DNA of 53,629 bases from an uncultured Bacilli bacterium (GCA_949439935.1 CASRZA010000002.1:1-53629); one strand, 5' to 3'; positions 1 to 10,806 are shown, counted from the first letter of the stretch. The notes: generated from the sequence alone by a model not told the origin. Made by a program: numbers and translations.

Positions 1-76
1 GTTTTCCACATTCTCTGATTTTTTCTGTCAAGTTATTTTTTTACCTAAACTCAAATTTTCACAAAGTTTTTCTGTT

Positions 77-1333
77 TCAATTTTCTTCGACGATCTTTAT
101 ATCTGCCCCGACACTTGAAAGTTTTTCGACCAAGTCTTCATATCCCCTGAGGATATGCTCGATGTTAGATATTTTTGTAGTTCCTTCTGCAAGTAAGCCC
201 GCGATTATCAACGCTGCACCGGCTCTCAAATCACTTGCAGAAACATCGCAACCTTTTAATTTGCTCGGTCCTTTGAATTTTGCTTTAGTATTAGTAAATT
301 CTATATCCGCACCCATCTTCACTAGCTCAGGAAAATGTCCGCCTCTTCTTTCATAAATCGTCTCGACAAATTTCGACGATCCGTTCGCTTGAGTCAATAA
401 AACTGCCATCGGTTGACCTAAATCAGTAGGAAAGCCTGGATATACCAGCGTTTTAATATCGACTGGTTCAAACTGATCTACTCGATTCAATACGATAGAA
501 TCGTGATCTAATTTAAAGTCCACCCCCATATCTCTCATCTTCGATATCAAAGTGTCCAAATGTTCAGGAATTAGATTGTCAACTTTAAAATCATGTCCCA
601 CCAGTGCACCTATCATCATATAAGTACCAGCTTCTATTCTATCAGGGATCGTCTCGATCGTTGCACCATGTAATTTATCCACGCCTATAATCACGATCTT
701 ATCCGTTCCAGCACCAGATATTCTTGCGCCCATATTATTCAATAAAGATACGATGTTGATAATCTCAGGCTCCTTAGCAGCATTCTCTATTATCGTCTCC
801 CCACTTGCCAAACTCGCAGCCAAAAGGATGTTTACTGTCGCACCTACACTCGCAACATCTAAATATATCTTTGCTCCGTGGAGTCTTTCTGCAACTAAAG
901 TATATTTATCCCCGTCGCGAACTATTGTAGCGCCCATTTTCTTGAATGCCTTTAAATGCAAATCGATCGGTCTAGCACCAATTTTACATCCTCCAGGAAA
1001 ATATATATCAACTCGGCGAAATCTACCCAATAAAGCTCCCATGAAATAATAAGACGCCCTTAACTGATTCGATAGATCCGCCGGAATGACACAATTTTTG
1101 ACATTTTTTCCATCGATCTTCAATTCGCCACGACCAAACTCTATCTGTCCGCCTAGAAGCTCGATAATCCTTCTAAGGTTCTCTGTATCAGTCAAATGTG
1201 GTGTATTATAAATTTTAACAACCCCATCTGTTAATATTGCCGCCGGAATCAACGCCACGACACTATTTTTTGCACCGCTTATATTTATGGTTCCACTTAA
1301 AGTCTTACCGCCGTTTATCATTATCTTCTTCAT
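77..1333 (-). CDS. murA: UDP-N-acetylglucosamine 1-carboxyvinyltransferase
   Basis: Full-length ORF with the catalytic Cys loop FPGGCKIGARPIDLH and MurA/EPSP-synthase-like architecture. ATG at 1333 (MKKIMINGG) preferred over the GTG at 1342 used by the ORF track. Confidence 0.9.
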   Translation of the reverse strand: MKKIMINGGKTLSGTINISGAKNSVVALIPAAILTDGVVKIYNTPHLTDTENLRRIIELLGGQIEFGRGELKIDGKNVKNCVIPADLSNQLRASYYFMGALLGRFRRVDIYFPGGCKIGARPIDLHLKAFKKMGATIVRDGDKYTLVAERLHGAKIYLDVASVGATVNILLAASLASGETIIENAAKEPEIINIVSLLNNMGARISGAGTDKIVIIGVDKLHGATIETIPDRIEAGTYMMIGALVGHDFKVDNLIPEHLDTLISKMRDMGVDFKLDHDSIVLNRVDQFEPVDIKTLVYPGFPTDLGQPMAVLLTQANGSSKFVETIYERRGGHFPELVKMGADIEFTNTKAKFKGPSKLKGCDVSASDLRAGAALIIAGLLAEGTTKISNIEHILRGYEDLVEKLSSVGADIKIVEEN

Positions 1334-1413
1334 ATAAATCACTAATTAAACTATATGCTACTTAAAAGATAAAGTCAACAGATTATAATAAAATTGACAG
1401 TATTTTAAGTACC

Positions 1414-1968
1414 CTAATGCCCAACAAAATTAATAAAATTCAAAATAGCTAGCATTGTCATGATCGATGCTCCAAATAAAATGGAATAAGTTCCAATTAA
1501 AGAATTCAACTTTTTTCCCAAAGTTAATCCTGCAAAAGTAAACAGAAAACTGACTATAGTAAACACAAATGGCGCTATGAATTTCGACGAGTCAAGAGAA
1601 TTTAAGGCGAACCCTACACCAAAACTATCTAAACTTACGCCGAAAGCAAAGATGACTATGCCGACTAAAGATAACTTAAAAGTATCACTTTCGCCTTCCT
1701 TATAGTCTTTGAACATTAAAATCGCGATATATAGGAAGATTACACTTGAAAGAAAATGCGCATCGATATGAAGGTGCGTAATAAACATAAAACCGCAAAA
1801 AGATCCTATTATAGGCATGAAAAAATGGAATATCCCCACGACAGAAGACAGAAACAAACTAGTTTTCGCTTCTAAAGAGGTTGTTCCGATCGATAATGCA
1901 AGACTAAAAGCATCCATACTTAGAGAAACAGCTATTAAAAGAATGAACATAATATTCATATATCTCAC
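1414..1968 (-). CDS. MntP/YtaF-family (DUF204) polytopic membrane protein
   Basis: About six TM helices with the duplicated motif SLSMDAFSLA / SLDSFGVGFA typical of this family. Adjacent to spoIIR. Confidence 0.7.
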   Translation of the reverse strand: MRYMNIMFILLIAVSLSMDAFSLALSIGTTSLEAKTSLFLSSVVGIFHFFMPIIGSFCGFMFITHLHIDAHFLSSVIFLYIAILMFKDYKEGESDTFKLSLVGIVIFAFGVSLDSFGVGFALNSLDSSKFIAPFVFTIVSFLFTFAGLTLGKKLNSLIGTYSILFGASIMTMLAILNFINFVGH

Positions 1969-1971
1969 CGA

Positions 1972-2487
1972 TTAATTATATTTTTCGAGAGCGTCTTTTA
2001 TTAAATAATGATATTCATAGTCATCGACATTTTCATCTATCATACATAGAGGAGGATAAAGAACACACCACCAGTTTTCTCCCTCTCCCTCTCCTAAAGT
2101 CACTACGTACGACTTATAATTTCCAGCTTTATAAGTCAACCCCTTATACTCTTTCTCTGGAAAATAGTTCATGCCATAAGAAGAAGAAAATTTAATATTC
2201 ATCTTTTTATCATCGATAACTTTCTTTATCGATTCATCTAAAAGGTTTATATTATTCTCGATAGCCTCATCAATCGAATCGTAGCTGCTTGAGGATTTTA
2301 CCAATTCATATAACTTTTCCTCGATTATAGATTTTACTACTTTTTTATCCGATTGATCGCTTTCGTCGTTAGAATTTGCAATCACTCTCATACGTATAGA
2401 TGAAGACGGTATTTCTACGTATTCATTTGAATTCGCAAGTAAATTTACTCCAAAAGCTATAACTATTAAAACGATTAATTTTTTCAT
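1972..2487 (-). CDS. spoIIR: Stage II sporulation protein R
   Basis: Signal peptide plus the IRMRVIANSNDESDQ and GENWWCVLYPPLC motifs characteristic of SpoIIR. Confidence 0.8.
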   Translation of the reverse strand: MKKLIVLIVIAFGVNLLANSNEYVEIPSSSIRMRVIANSNDESDQSDKKVVKSIIEEKLYELVKSSSSYDSIDEAIENNINLLDESIKKVIDDKKMNIKFSSSYGMNYFPEKEYKGLTYKAGNYKSYVVTLGEGEGENWWCVLYPPLCMIDENVDDYEYHYLIKDALEKYN

Positions 2488-2532
2488 TTAAAAAACACCT
2501 TTCATATACTTAATGGTGTTTTAAAAAACATT

Positions 2533-3285
2533 TTATTCACAATTATTAAAAACGAACACAAATCTGTCAAGCCCGGCATAATCTCTTTCTAAAACCACTC
2601 GCGAGCTCGGATAGACATTTTTGGCTAAAGAACATACCTCGTCACCTTGTTGCGATCCTATTTCAAAAGCGATTATACTTTTATTTTGAAGTATTCGCTT
2701 ACTTCTTTCGAGAATGACTCTATAGAATAAAAGATCATCCTCTCCTGGATATAAGGCTATGCTCGGTTCAAATTTAGTATTAGCACTCACTTCTTCATCC
2801 AGTCTTACATAAGGCGGATTACTTACTATTACAGAGTATTTATCAGATCCTGTAAATCCCTTTAAAATGTCGTCGACTATAAAATTGATCGACACTTCGT
2901 TTAACTCGGCGTTCTCCTTTGCCAACTCTATAGCATCTTTACTTATATCCACCGCAGTTACCTTCGCTTGAGGAAAGGCGCTTTGCATCGAAATTGCAAT
3001 ACAGCCACTTCCCGTACATATATCCAATATGTCAGATCTTTCAAGACCATTCTTTTTTACATAATCGATCGTTTTCTTCGCGAGCAATTCAGTTTCAAAT
3101 CGAGGAATCAAAACTCTTTCATCGACCAAAATCTTGCTTTTTAAAAAATCTACATCCCCAATCGCATACTGAACAGGATAATCCTTAGCGATCTTCTCGA
3201 GGACTTTTTCCAAATCGTTTTTGCCATATTTATCTTTAAGAAGTTTATAATCTAATTCTGTAATATTATCTGGTTTATCAAGCAT
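2533..3285 (-). CDS. prmC: Release-factor glutamine N5-methyltransferase
   Basis: SAM-binding DICTGSGCI and catalytic VSNPPYV motifs. Start overlaps the prfA stop, as in prfA-prmC operons. Confidence 0.85.
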   Translation of the reverse strand: MLDKPDNITELDYKLLKDKYGKNDLEKVLEKIAKDYPVQYAIGDVDFLKSKILVDERVLIPRFETELLAKKTIDYVKKNGLERSDILDICTGSGCIAISMQSAFPQAKVTAVDISKDAIELAKENAELNEVSINFIVDDILKGFTGSDKYSVIVSNPPYVRLDEEVSANTKFEPSIALYPGEDDLLFYRVILERSKRILQNKSIIAFEIGSQQGDEVCSLAKNVYPSSRVVLERDYAGLDRFVFVFNNCE

Positions 3286-4345
3286 CTAGCTTCGTACCTT
3301 CTAGTTTTAATCTCTGATCTTCGGTAATTAATGCCTCGACGATCGGATCCAAGTAGCCATCCATAACTTTTTCTAAATCCATGATAGAGTAATTGATACG
3401 ATGGTCGGTCACTCTATTCTGCGGATAATTATACGTCCTTATCTTTTCTGAACGGTCACCAGTTCCGACTTTAGACTTTCTTTCCTGGCCCATTTCCAAT
3501 TCCTGTTTCCTAGTTATTTCATCTTGAAGTTTAATTTTCAAAAGTTTCATTGCCTGTTCCCTATTTTGAACTTGACTTCTCTCAGTTTGACAAGTTACTG
3601 CTAAGCCTGTCGGAACATAAGTTAATCTGACTGCAGAATTACTAGTATTTACTGACTGCCCACCTGCTCCACTTGAATGATAGACGTCCATCTTTATATC
3701 AGATTCCTTGATCTCTATATTGACATCTTCCACTTCCGGCATAACTAGTACTGTTGCCGTCGACGTATGTACTCGTCCCTGCGTCTCTGTAGCAGGTATT
3801 CTCTGTACTCTGTGTGAACCACTTTCATACTTTAATTTCGAGTAGACGCTTTCACCTTTGATCATACACTCGATTTGCGAAAATCCTCCACTTGTCCCGT
3901 CGACCGAATGAACTACTTCTATCTTCCACCCTTGCTTATCTGCATAGTAAGAATACATTCTAAAAAGATCTCCAGCGAATATATTTGCTTCATCTCCACC
4001 AGCTGCGCCTCGAATCTCCATGATGATATTCTTTCCATCATTTTCATCTTTTGGTATCAAGAGAAGTTCTAATTCATGGTAGGATGTCTCTTTCTTAGAC
4101 TCTAGAGAATCTATCTCGTCTTTGATCATTTCAGCCATCTCTGGATCATTTTTCATACCATATAACTCTTCTAGATCAGAGCAATACTTCTTATATTCGT
4201 CATACTTATCTACGATGAGAGAAAGGTCGCTTTTCTGTTTTGATAAATTTCTTAATTTTTGAAAGTCGCTTAAAACATCCGGTTTAGCAAGTTCTGCTTC
4301 CAATTCAACATATTTATCTTTAATTATTTTAAGTCTTTCATCCAT
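3278..4345 (-). CDS. prfA: Peptide chain release factor 1
   Basis: GGQ motif (SGAGGQSVN) and RF1-type PAT tripeptide (RIPATETQG). ATG at 4345 is preceded by GGAG; the track start at 4354 is an upstream GTG. Confidence 0.95.
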   Translation of the reverse strand: MDERLKIIKDKYVELEAELAKPDVLSDFQKLRNLSKQKSDLSLIVDKYDEYKKYCSDLEELYGMKNDPEMAEMIKDEIDSLESKKETSYHELELLLIPKDENDGKNIIMEIRGAAGGDEANIFAGDLFRMYSYYADKQGWKIEVVHSVDGTSGGFSQIECMIKGESVYSKLKYESGSHRVQRIPATETQGRVHTSTATVLVMPEVEDVNIEIKESDIKMDVYHSSGAGGQSVNTSNSAVRLTYVPTGLAVTCQTERSQVQNREQAMKLLKIKLQDEITRKQELEMGQERKSKVGTGDRSEKIRTYNYPQNRVTDHRINYSIMDLEKVMDGYLDPIVEALITEDQRLKLEGTKLDA

Positions 4346-4356
4346 AATAGCCACTC

Positions 4357-4788
4357 CTATAAGTTCGCTTCGTCTTCTAAATCATCTACGATAACCAAGT
4401 CCGAAAGGTCGTCATCATCGACATCGTCATCTCCATCTTTGACGTTTGTATCGAAATCCTCGTCACTTTCTTCGTTAGTTTCTTCTTCTAAGACGAGCTC
4501 ATCGTCGTCATCATCGTCTTCGAAAGTTTCCATACCTTTATTATGTTTGATCTTTAAATCCCAATAACCATCATCCAACATGATGAACCTTTTGTCCGTA
4601 CTGAGTAGTTCAAAGAAGTCGGCAATGTGAGATTGATATTCTTCAGGCTCAAGTCCCATCGTCTTTCCAACTTCATTGAATAAATCGACGAGTTTCATCT
4701 TTTTACCCTGCGATTCTAAAACTATATGAGCAACATCATTATAGTTCATCATTTCCAACTCTTCTGCACTAATTTCAATTTTTTTCAT
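4357..4788 (-). CDS. rpoE: RNA polymerase delta subunit
   Basis: N-terminal HARE-HTH-like domain (YNDVAHIVLE...FIMLDDGYWDLK) followed by a long poly-Asp/Glu acidic tail. ATG at 4788 (MKKIEIS). Confidence 0.8.
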   Translation of the reverse strand: MKKIEISAEELEMMNYNDVAHIVLESQGKKMKLVDLFNEVGKTMGLEPEEYQSHIADFFELLSTDKRFIMLDDGYWDLKIKHNKGMETFEDDDDDDELVLEEETNEESDEDFDTNVKDGDDDVDDDDLSDLVIVDDLEDEANL

Positions 4789-4893
4789 GAAACATTCCTC
4801 CATATATTCAGATTATTATATGCCATATTTTGGCCAGAGAAACAGGCATACTAAATTTCTCGTAAAAAATTATTACACATTATATAATACTTG

Positions 4894-5274
4894 TCAACTG
4901 CTTTTGTTAATGAAATCCAAAATAATGATTTTCGTCTTAGGGACATCTTCTTCTGCATCACTCTCAATATTATATTTTATAATATATTTTTTATCCTCTT
5001 TTTTATATTCTAAATCTAAAATTTTTATATCGAAAGACACTTTTTCGCTTAAAAGTGTAACTACGCACTCTTGAAAATCCGAATTCTTAAATATTTCAAA
5101 AACCTCGTCTTTACTATCTTTAATAAAATGAAACTTTTCTTCACTCAAATAAAATTTAAAAGTCGAACCGTTACATTTAAAAACATAATAATCATTCAAA
5201 ATTACAAACTCTACCATTTCGTCGATCATTAAAACATCAGAATTCCAAAAAGAAAATTTGACACATCTCTTCAT
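4894..5274 (-). CDS. Hypothetical protein (126 aa), last gene downstream of the TCS/ABC cluster
   Basis: Intact ORF in the coding orientation of its neighbours. No motif I can assign confidently; a possible DUF1934-like small beta protein next to rpoE is speculation. Confidence 0.45.
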   Translation of the reverse strand: MKRCVKFSFWNSDVLMIDEMVEFVILNDYYVFKCNGSTFKFYLSEEKFHFIKDSKDEVFEIFKNSDFQECVVTLLSEKVSFDIKILDLEYKKEDKKYIIKYNIESDAEEDVPKTKIIILDFINKSS

Positions 5275-5315
5275 AATATCTCATCCGACCATATTATATA
5301 GAAAAGAAAATCATA

Positions 5316-6542
5316 TTACAAGTTTTTATTGATTCTTTCATACTTTATTTTAAATTTAGTGCCTTTATCTACTTTAGATTCGACGATGATACGACCTCCG
5401 TCGTGCTCCACGATACTTTTAGAAAGTGCTAACCCTATTCCTACACTGTCCTTCGACGAATTTCGTCCCTTGTAAAATCTTTCGAATATATGTGTAAGAT
5501 CATCTTTATCTATCCCCTTACCATGGTCTTCGATAATTATAGAAGAATACATTTTATTTTCTTCAAAAGAGATCCTTATCTCTCCGTTTTCGAAAGAATA
5601 CTCGACACAATTTTTTAAAATATTCGTCAGTGCTTCAACTTGCCATTTCATATCGACAAAAACATCCACATTCGAATTTTCAACAACTTCGATATTGACG
5701 CTTTTCAAATCGCACAAAGATGCAACATTTTTTATAGCCTCCCCCACGATCATTTTCAAAGAAACTTTCTCCTTAATAAATTTTACTGCACTGACATCAA
5801 ACTTTGACAACTTTAAAAGATTTTGAACCAAAAAGTTGATGTTTTGTATCTCCCTTTTAATATCGATAATAAACTTTTCACGAATGCTCGGTTCCATTTC
5901 AGAATCGTCAATTATGGCGTCTAACATAATCATTATCGATGTCAAAGGCGTTTTTAATTGATGCGATATGTCGGCGAGAGAATCTTTCAACTTGAGTTTA
6001 TCTTTTTTAGAGTTTTCTGCTACTTCCTTAAGCATGAGAGTCGTTTTATAAATTTCGCTTCTCAAGACAGATAATTCATCTTCAGTATATGTTTCGAGTT
6101 CCAATTCATAATTTTTGTGGTTAATTTTATCTACGAGATCGATTAAATCTTTTACTGCTCTCCCAACTTTTCTGTTATACAAGAACAAAATTAAAATTAA
6201 AACTCCGGCTGAGCAAAATATTAGACAAAACTCCACGATGCACATCCGAGTATTGTTTATATTCAACCTGAGAATAAAACTATCCTTCTCAAAATCATAT
6301 CCAAACTCGCGTAGAATATTCAATTCGTCTCTTTCACTCTTTAATATTTCGATTATCTCGTGATCCTTTACTGCTGGATATTCGGCCTTTACTTCGGCTA
6401 AGATCGATGCTATTTTTCCATTCATTATTTTCTGAGTTTGGAAAGAGTAATACTTATTGACTAATAAAAAACCGAGTGTTAAAAAAATGATAACTGCAAC
6501 ACTTGCTAAAAAAAACTTCTTAAAAATCTCTTTATTTTCCAT
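5316..6542 (-). CDS. Sensor histidine kinase
   Basis: Two N-terminal TM segments, H-box ISHQLKTPLTSI, and ATPase boxes (NILKNCVEYS, EDHGKGI, GIGLALSK). Confidence 0.85.
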   Translation of the reverse strand: MENKEIFKKFFLASVAVIIFLTLGFLLVNKYYSFQTQKIMNGKIASILAEVKAEYPAVKDHEIIEILKSERDELNILREFGYDFEKDSFILRLNINNTRMCIVEFCLIFCSAGVLILILFLYNRKVGRAVKDLIDLVDKINHKNYELELETYTEDELSVLRSEIYKTTLMLKEVAENSKKDKLKLKDSLADISHQLKTPLTSIMIMLDAIIDDSEMEPSIREKFIIDIKREIQNINFLVQNLLKLSKFDVSAVKFIKEKVSLKMIVGEAIKNVASLCDLKSVNIEVVENSNVDVFVDMKWQVEALTNILKNCVEYSFENGEIRISFEENKMYSSIIIEDHGKGIDKDDLTHIFERFYKGRNSSKDSVGIGLALSKSIVEHDGGRIIVESKVDKGTKFKIKYERINKNL

Positions 6543-7185
6543 CGAGCCTATACCCTATTCCTTTCAAAGTTTTGATGATGTCAGACCCTAATTTCTCTCT
6601 TATTCTTTTTATATAAACCGTTACAGTATGGTCATCGACATCGTTACCCGTCCATTCCCATATTTTACTCAATATCGTTTCTCTAGTGATGACGATCCCG
6701 ACATTCTGAAAAAAAACGTTTAAAAGTTTCAATTCCAAACTAGTAAATTCGATCGCTTTTCCGTTTTTAAAAACTGTCATTTTCTCAGTATCATACTCTA
6801 TATCTTCGATCCTTATAATCTTATCTTTTTTATTTCTCGACAAAATTCTGTTGACTCTTGCTAACAATTCTTTAGTCGAAAAAGGCTTAGTTATATAATC
6901 TTCTGCGCCGATATCCAAACCCTTTACAACTGTTTCTTCATCGTCTACTGCCGTCAAAAATATCGTTGGTATTTCTAATCTTTTTATAGTATTTTCATAT
7001 AAAACTAAACCATTCCCATCAGGTAGAGTTATATCCAATACGATCAAATCAGGCTTTGATATACTCAAATACTCTCTTGCATCGCAAATACTTTGTCTAC
7101 TCTCGATCGCGAAGCCATTTTTTAAAAACGAGTACTCTAAACCTCTTATTATACTTGCATTATCTTCTATTAAAAATATTTTCAT
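6532..7185 (-). CDS. OmpR/PhoB-family response regulator
   Basis: Receiver domain (MKIFLIEDN, LIVLDITLPDGNG) plus a winged-helix C-terminus (VTVYIKRIREKL, GIGYRL). ATG at 7185 is preceded by GAGG; the track start at 7251 is an unlikely extension. Confidence 0.85.
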   Translation of the reverse strand: MKIFLIEDNASIIRGLEYSFLKNGFAIESRQSICDAREYLSISKPDLIVLDITLPDGNGLVLYENTIKRLEIPTIFLTAVDDEETVVKGLDIGAEDYITKPFSTKELLARVNRILSRNKKDKIIRIEDIEYDTEKMTVFKNGKAIEFTSLELKLLNVFFQNVGIVITRETILSKIWEWTGNDVDDHTVTVYIKRIREKLGSDIIKTLKGIGYRLDGK

Positions 7186-7253
7186 TTTTCTTCGCCTCAA
7201 CTCCCATTTTATCAAATTATTAAAACTTTCGTCAAAGAGAAAAAAGAACACAT

Positions 7254-9761
7254 TTATATGTTCTCGTTTCTTATCGTCTCGATCGTATTCAGTTTATTTA
7301 TTTTTCTAATTGAATATTTCATGATTAAACTTACGATTATAAATACAAACAATACTGAAATACCTATCGCTTCGAACGGTATCACAAAATTAGTCAAAGT
7401 CTTTACAGAGAACCCATTATGGATAAAGATTGCTCCTAATAACCCTAATGCTGTTCCGTAGAACAACGATTTTGTAGAATAAAATATCGTCTCTAAGTTA
7501 ACCATTCTATTAAATTCTTTCTTTGTCATACCGATACTTTTAAGCATAGCAAATTCTTTACTCCGAAGTTCCATATTCGACGTGATCGTATTAAAAATAT
7601 TTGTAACTCCTATGAGACTTATGACAGCGATAAATCCATATAGAAAGATGCTTATTACTAATATCATAGATTTTGCCTCTCGAGCGTATTCCTTGAGATC
7701 AGTGAAACTCATATCAGGATTGATCGCTTTCAATTCTTTTGCTGTTTTTTCTGTATTTTCGACATCGATCAAAATTTTATCTAAATACAGTTCCAAATTT
7801 TCATGTTCATCTTTGTTCAATATGAGATATCCGCCATCATAGATAGTTCTTTCATACCCATAAGGCCCGACCGTCGTCACAGCACCGACTTCAAAAGTCA
7901 CATTATTTTCAATGGAGTCGATTTTCGTCGTTCCCCGTATTATATCACCCTCATTATATTTATACCTACGTGCTCTCACCATGACATCTTTAGTAGCTGA
8001 ATAATACGCGTACTCATCACACAGTATTCCTTTGTCCTTGACGCTTTCATATGATAGATGTAACTTCTCAGCATAAGCTTTGAATGAAGCCTCATCTAAA
8101 GCTAAAATTCCTAATAGATATGGCCCTACGCTTTCATTTTCATCATCCTCATAAAACTCAATATAATTCTTATCGATTAGATCGAGATATTCGGTCGCTT
8201 CATAAGTAAAATAAATGTTTTTATAATCTGACAGTTCTTTAATCTGCTGTACCTCTTCGCTTGTAAGATTCGATAAATTATAAATTTCCATCGTATAATC
8301 ATAATTCGTATAATAGTATCCACTTTCCCTAAATGCTTCACTAATAAAAGAGTTCAAAGATATAAACACGAATATACTTACTGACAAAGAAATTACAGTA
8401 GTTCTATACTTCTTCTTGCTTCTTTTCAAATTCTTATAAGCCAAAGTTCCACCAGTCTTAAAAAGACTAGATATAATTCCTGGCGTTTTAAACTTCTTCG
8501 ACTTAATTTTTATATCGTTGCTGTTTCTCAAATTTTCTATAGGGCTAACCTTACTAGCCTTAATAGCAGAGAAAATCGAAGAAAGATATATAGTGACTAT
8601 TCCTAATACTACAGAAATTCCGATTGCGACGAAGGAAACCTTAAATACGAAACCTTCTATGTATTGAAATAAAACTCCGTTTAAAATCATATTAACTACT
8701 TTAATAATGACAAAGTCTGCAAAGATTCCCGACAATATTCCGATAGGGATACCTATTAAGCCTAATATAAAACCTTCGTAGATGACGCTTTTTTTAATCT
8801 GCCTCTTAGTTGCTCCGACACTCGCGAGCATCCCATACATCTTCATCTTTTCTAATGTCGAAATAGCAAACGAATTTCGAATACAAAAGACACTAGTTAT
8901 TATTATGATCGTTATGACGACTACGCCTATTGCATAAAATGAGCTTAAAGTTGAATCAGAAAAACTCAAAGCTTCCCATCTCAATAACTCGTTGTTCATC
9001 GTGCAATAAAAATCTCCTCTGTCTTCGCTTTCATAGACATTCGCCATCGTCGTAACCCCGAGGATTTCAGGAATATCTACTTTATAATTAGTAGGTTTTT
9101 TTAGAGAGATATAAGCTTTTAAAACGTCGCTTGTCTCGTTTGTAGTTACTCCATAGTAAACGCGTTTCCAATTATCGCGAGAAATGACCCCTACGATTTT
9201 ATATGTTTTCTTTATAGGATTTTCCAAATCCTCGTTTTCTGGATCAAAAGGAATACGATCATATAATTTAGATCCATCGTAGTTTTTTCGTGTACCTACA
9301 GATAACTCTATCGTATCGCCAATTTTATAATTGTTGTTTTCTATAAAAAGTTTACTCAATACGATTTCTGTCTCATCTTTTGGATAAGCCCCATCCAACA
9401 ACTGAAATTTTAGCTCATCTAAATCGTTTTCAGACGCAGAGTAGACCTGCAAAAGTCCAACTGATTCATCCTCTTTCAAAGAAAATTCAGAATGACCTAA
9501 ACTATATAATTTATAAATGTCTCGAATGTCTTTGTTGAGTTTCAGCGACTCATATTTCTTAGTGTTTATGCCTTCTAAAACTAAATGATAATATCCATTT
9601 TCATTCTTCGCATTCTCTATTAAAGTTGCATGAAAACTTACGAACATTCCCGCGACGGCACATATCAACGCGACTGATAGAATTATACCTATGACTGTTC
9701 CGACAGCTCTTTTTTTATTGAGAGAAAGATTTTTGGCAGTCAATTTCTTTAATATGTTCAT
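7254..9761 (-). CDS. ABC transporter permease, duplicated FtsX/MacB-type
   Basis: 835 aa. Two modules, each a TM helix plus a large extracytoplasmic domain plus a three-TM FtsX-like bundle. Immediately follows the ATPase gene. Confidence 0.8.
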   Translation of the reverse strand: MNILKKLTAKNLSLNKKRAVGTVIGIILSVALICAVAGMFVSFHATLIENAKNENGYYHLVLEGINTKKYESLKLNKDIRDIYKLYSLGHSEFSLKEDESVGLLQVYSASENDLDELKFQLLDGAYPKDETEIVLSKLFIENNNYKIGDTIELSVGTRKNYDGSKLYDRIPFDPENEDLENPIKKTYKIVGVISRDNWKRVYYGVTTNETSDVLKAYISLKKPTNYKVDIPEILGVTTMANVYESEDRGDFYCTMNNELLRWEALSFSDSTLSSFYAIGVVVITIIIITSVFCIRNSFAISTLEKMKMYGMLASVGATKRQIKKSVIYEGFILGLIGIPIGILSGIFADFVIIKVVNMILNGVLFQYIEGFVFKVSFVAIGISVVLGIVTIYLSSIFSAIKASKVSPIENLRNSNDIKIKSKKFKTPGIISSLFKTGGTLAYKNLKRSKKKYRTTVISLSVSIFVFISLNSFISEAFRESGYYYTNYDYTMEIYNLSNLTSEEVQQIKELSDYKNIYFTYEATEYLDLIDKNYIEFYEDDENESVGPYLLGILALDEASFKAYAEKLHLSYESVKDKGILCDEYAYYSATKDVMVRARRYKYNEGDIIRGTTKIDSIENNVTFEVGAVTTVGPYGYERTIYDGGYLILNKDEHENLELYLDKILIDVENTEKTAKELKAINPDMSFTDLKEYAREAKSMILVISIFLYGFIAVISLIGVTNIFNTITSNMELRSKEFAMLKSIGMTKKEFNRMVNLETIFYSTKSLFYGTALGLLGAIFIHNGFSVKTLTNFVIPFEAIGISVLFVFIIVSLIMKYSIRKINKLNTIETIRNENI

Positions 9762-9766
9762 TATGA

Positions 9767-10435
9767 TTACTCCCTCACGATCTTACCATCTTCTAACTCG
9801 ATTATCCTATCTGCACATTTTGCAATCTCCATATTGTGCGTGATCATTACGATAGTTTGTTTATAATCTTTGTTAGACTTTCTCAAAAGTTCAACTATCT
9901 CGTCGCTAGATTTAGAATCCAGATTTCCCGTCGGCTCATCAGCTAAAATGATCGCAGGATTAGTAATTAAAGCTCTACCGATCGATGTTCTCTGTTGCTG
10001 ACCACCGGAAAGTTCATTAGGCAAATGAGTTCTACGTTCACCTAATCCTAATAACTCGACAAGAGTATCCATTTGCTTTTTATCTACCTTACGATTATCT
10101 AAATTCATCGGCAAGGCGATGTTCTCCTCAACCGTCAAAATAGGAATCAAATTATAAAATTGATAGATGAGTCCGACCTGTCTTCTCCTAAAAATTGCTA
10201 ACTTATCGTCGTCGAACGAATATATATCTTTTCCATCTATATAGACTTTTCCACTCGTAGGTCTATCCACGCCTCCTATCAGATGTAGTAAAGTCGATTT
10301 ACCAGATCCACTCGCTCCGACTATCGCGACGAATTCTCCTTTTTCTACCGAAAAAGAAACGTTGTCGAGTGCAATTACCTTAGCGTCTCCTTTTCCATAT
10401 ACCTTAGACAAGTTTTCCACTTTTAAAATTTCCAT
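9767..10435 (-). CDS. ABC transporter ATP-binding protein (MacB/BceA-like)
   Basis: Walker A GASGSGKST, signature LSGGQQQR, Walker B ILADEPT. Confidence 0.9.
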   Translation of the reverse strand: MEILKVENLSKVYGKGDAKVIALDNVSFSVEKGEFVAIVGASGSGKSTLLHLIGGVDRPTSGKVYIDGKDIYSFDDDKLAIFRRRQVGLIYQFYNLIPILTVEENIALPMNLDNRKVDKKQMDTLVELLGLGERRTHLPNELSGGQQQRTSIGRALITNPAIILADEPTGNLDSKSSDEIVELLRKSNKDYKQTIVMITHNMEIAKCADRIIELEDGKIVRE

Positions 10436-10477
10436 AAAGTAGCTCCTTTCGTTTTACAAGATAAATATATGATACCA

Positions 10478-10495
10478 AAGTTACACCTGAGTTAC
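10478..10495 (-). promoter_or_regulatory. Direct repeat TGTAACT-N4-TGTAACT (minus strand), candidate response-regulator binding site at the ABC operon promoter
   Basis: AGTTACA occurs at 10478-10484 and 10489-10495, giving an 11-bp start-to-start spacing. It lies 43-60 bp upstream of the ATPase start codon, with an AT-rich -10-like stretch between. Confidence 0.45.
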
Positions 10496-10806
10496 AAAAC
10501 TCGAAAATATAAAAATTATTTTGACATATTTATCAAAACTTATGCAAGAAGACCTTTGATAGACGTCATATCAACATCTAATCCAGCTTATATAGTCAAA
10601 AGATACGCATGATTTTTTTAAATTTATGATACCCTAGAAATCGTTGCATCGTAATTAAATAAAGTTTTTCAATTGAACATCATACTTTCTAATTATTTTC
10701 TCATAATAAGATTGAAAGAATGTGATGAATCATAAAAAAAATTAATACAAAAAAATTACTGATCGACAGTTTTAAGGTATTTCTTATTTTATTTATTGCA
10801 GGTATA

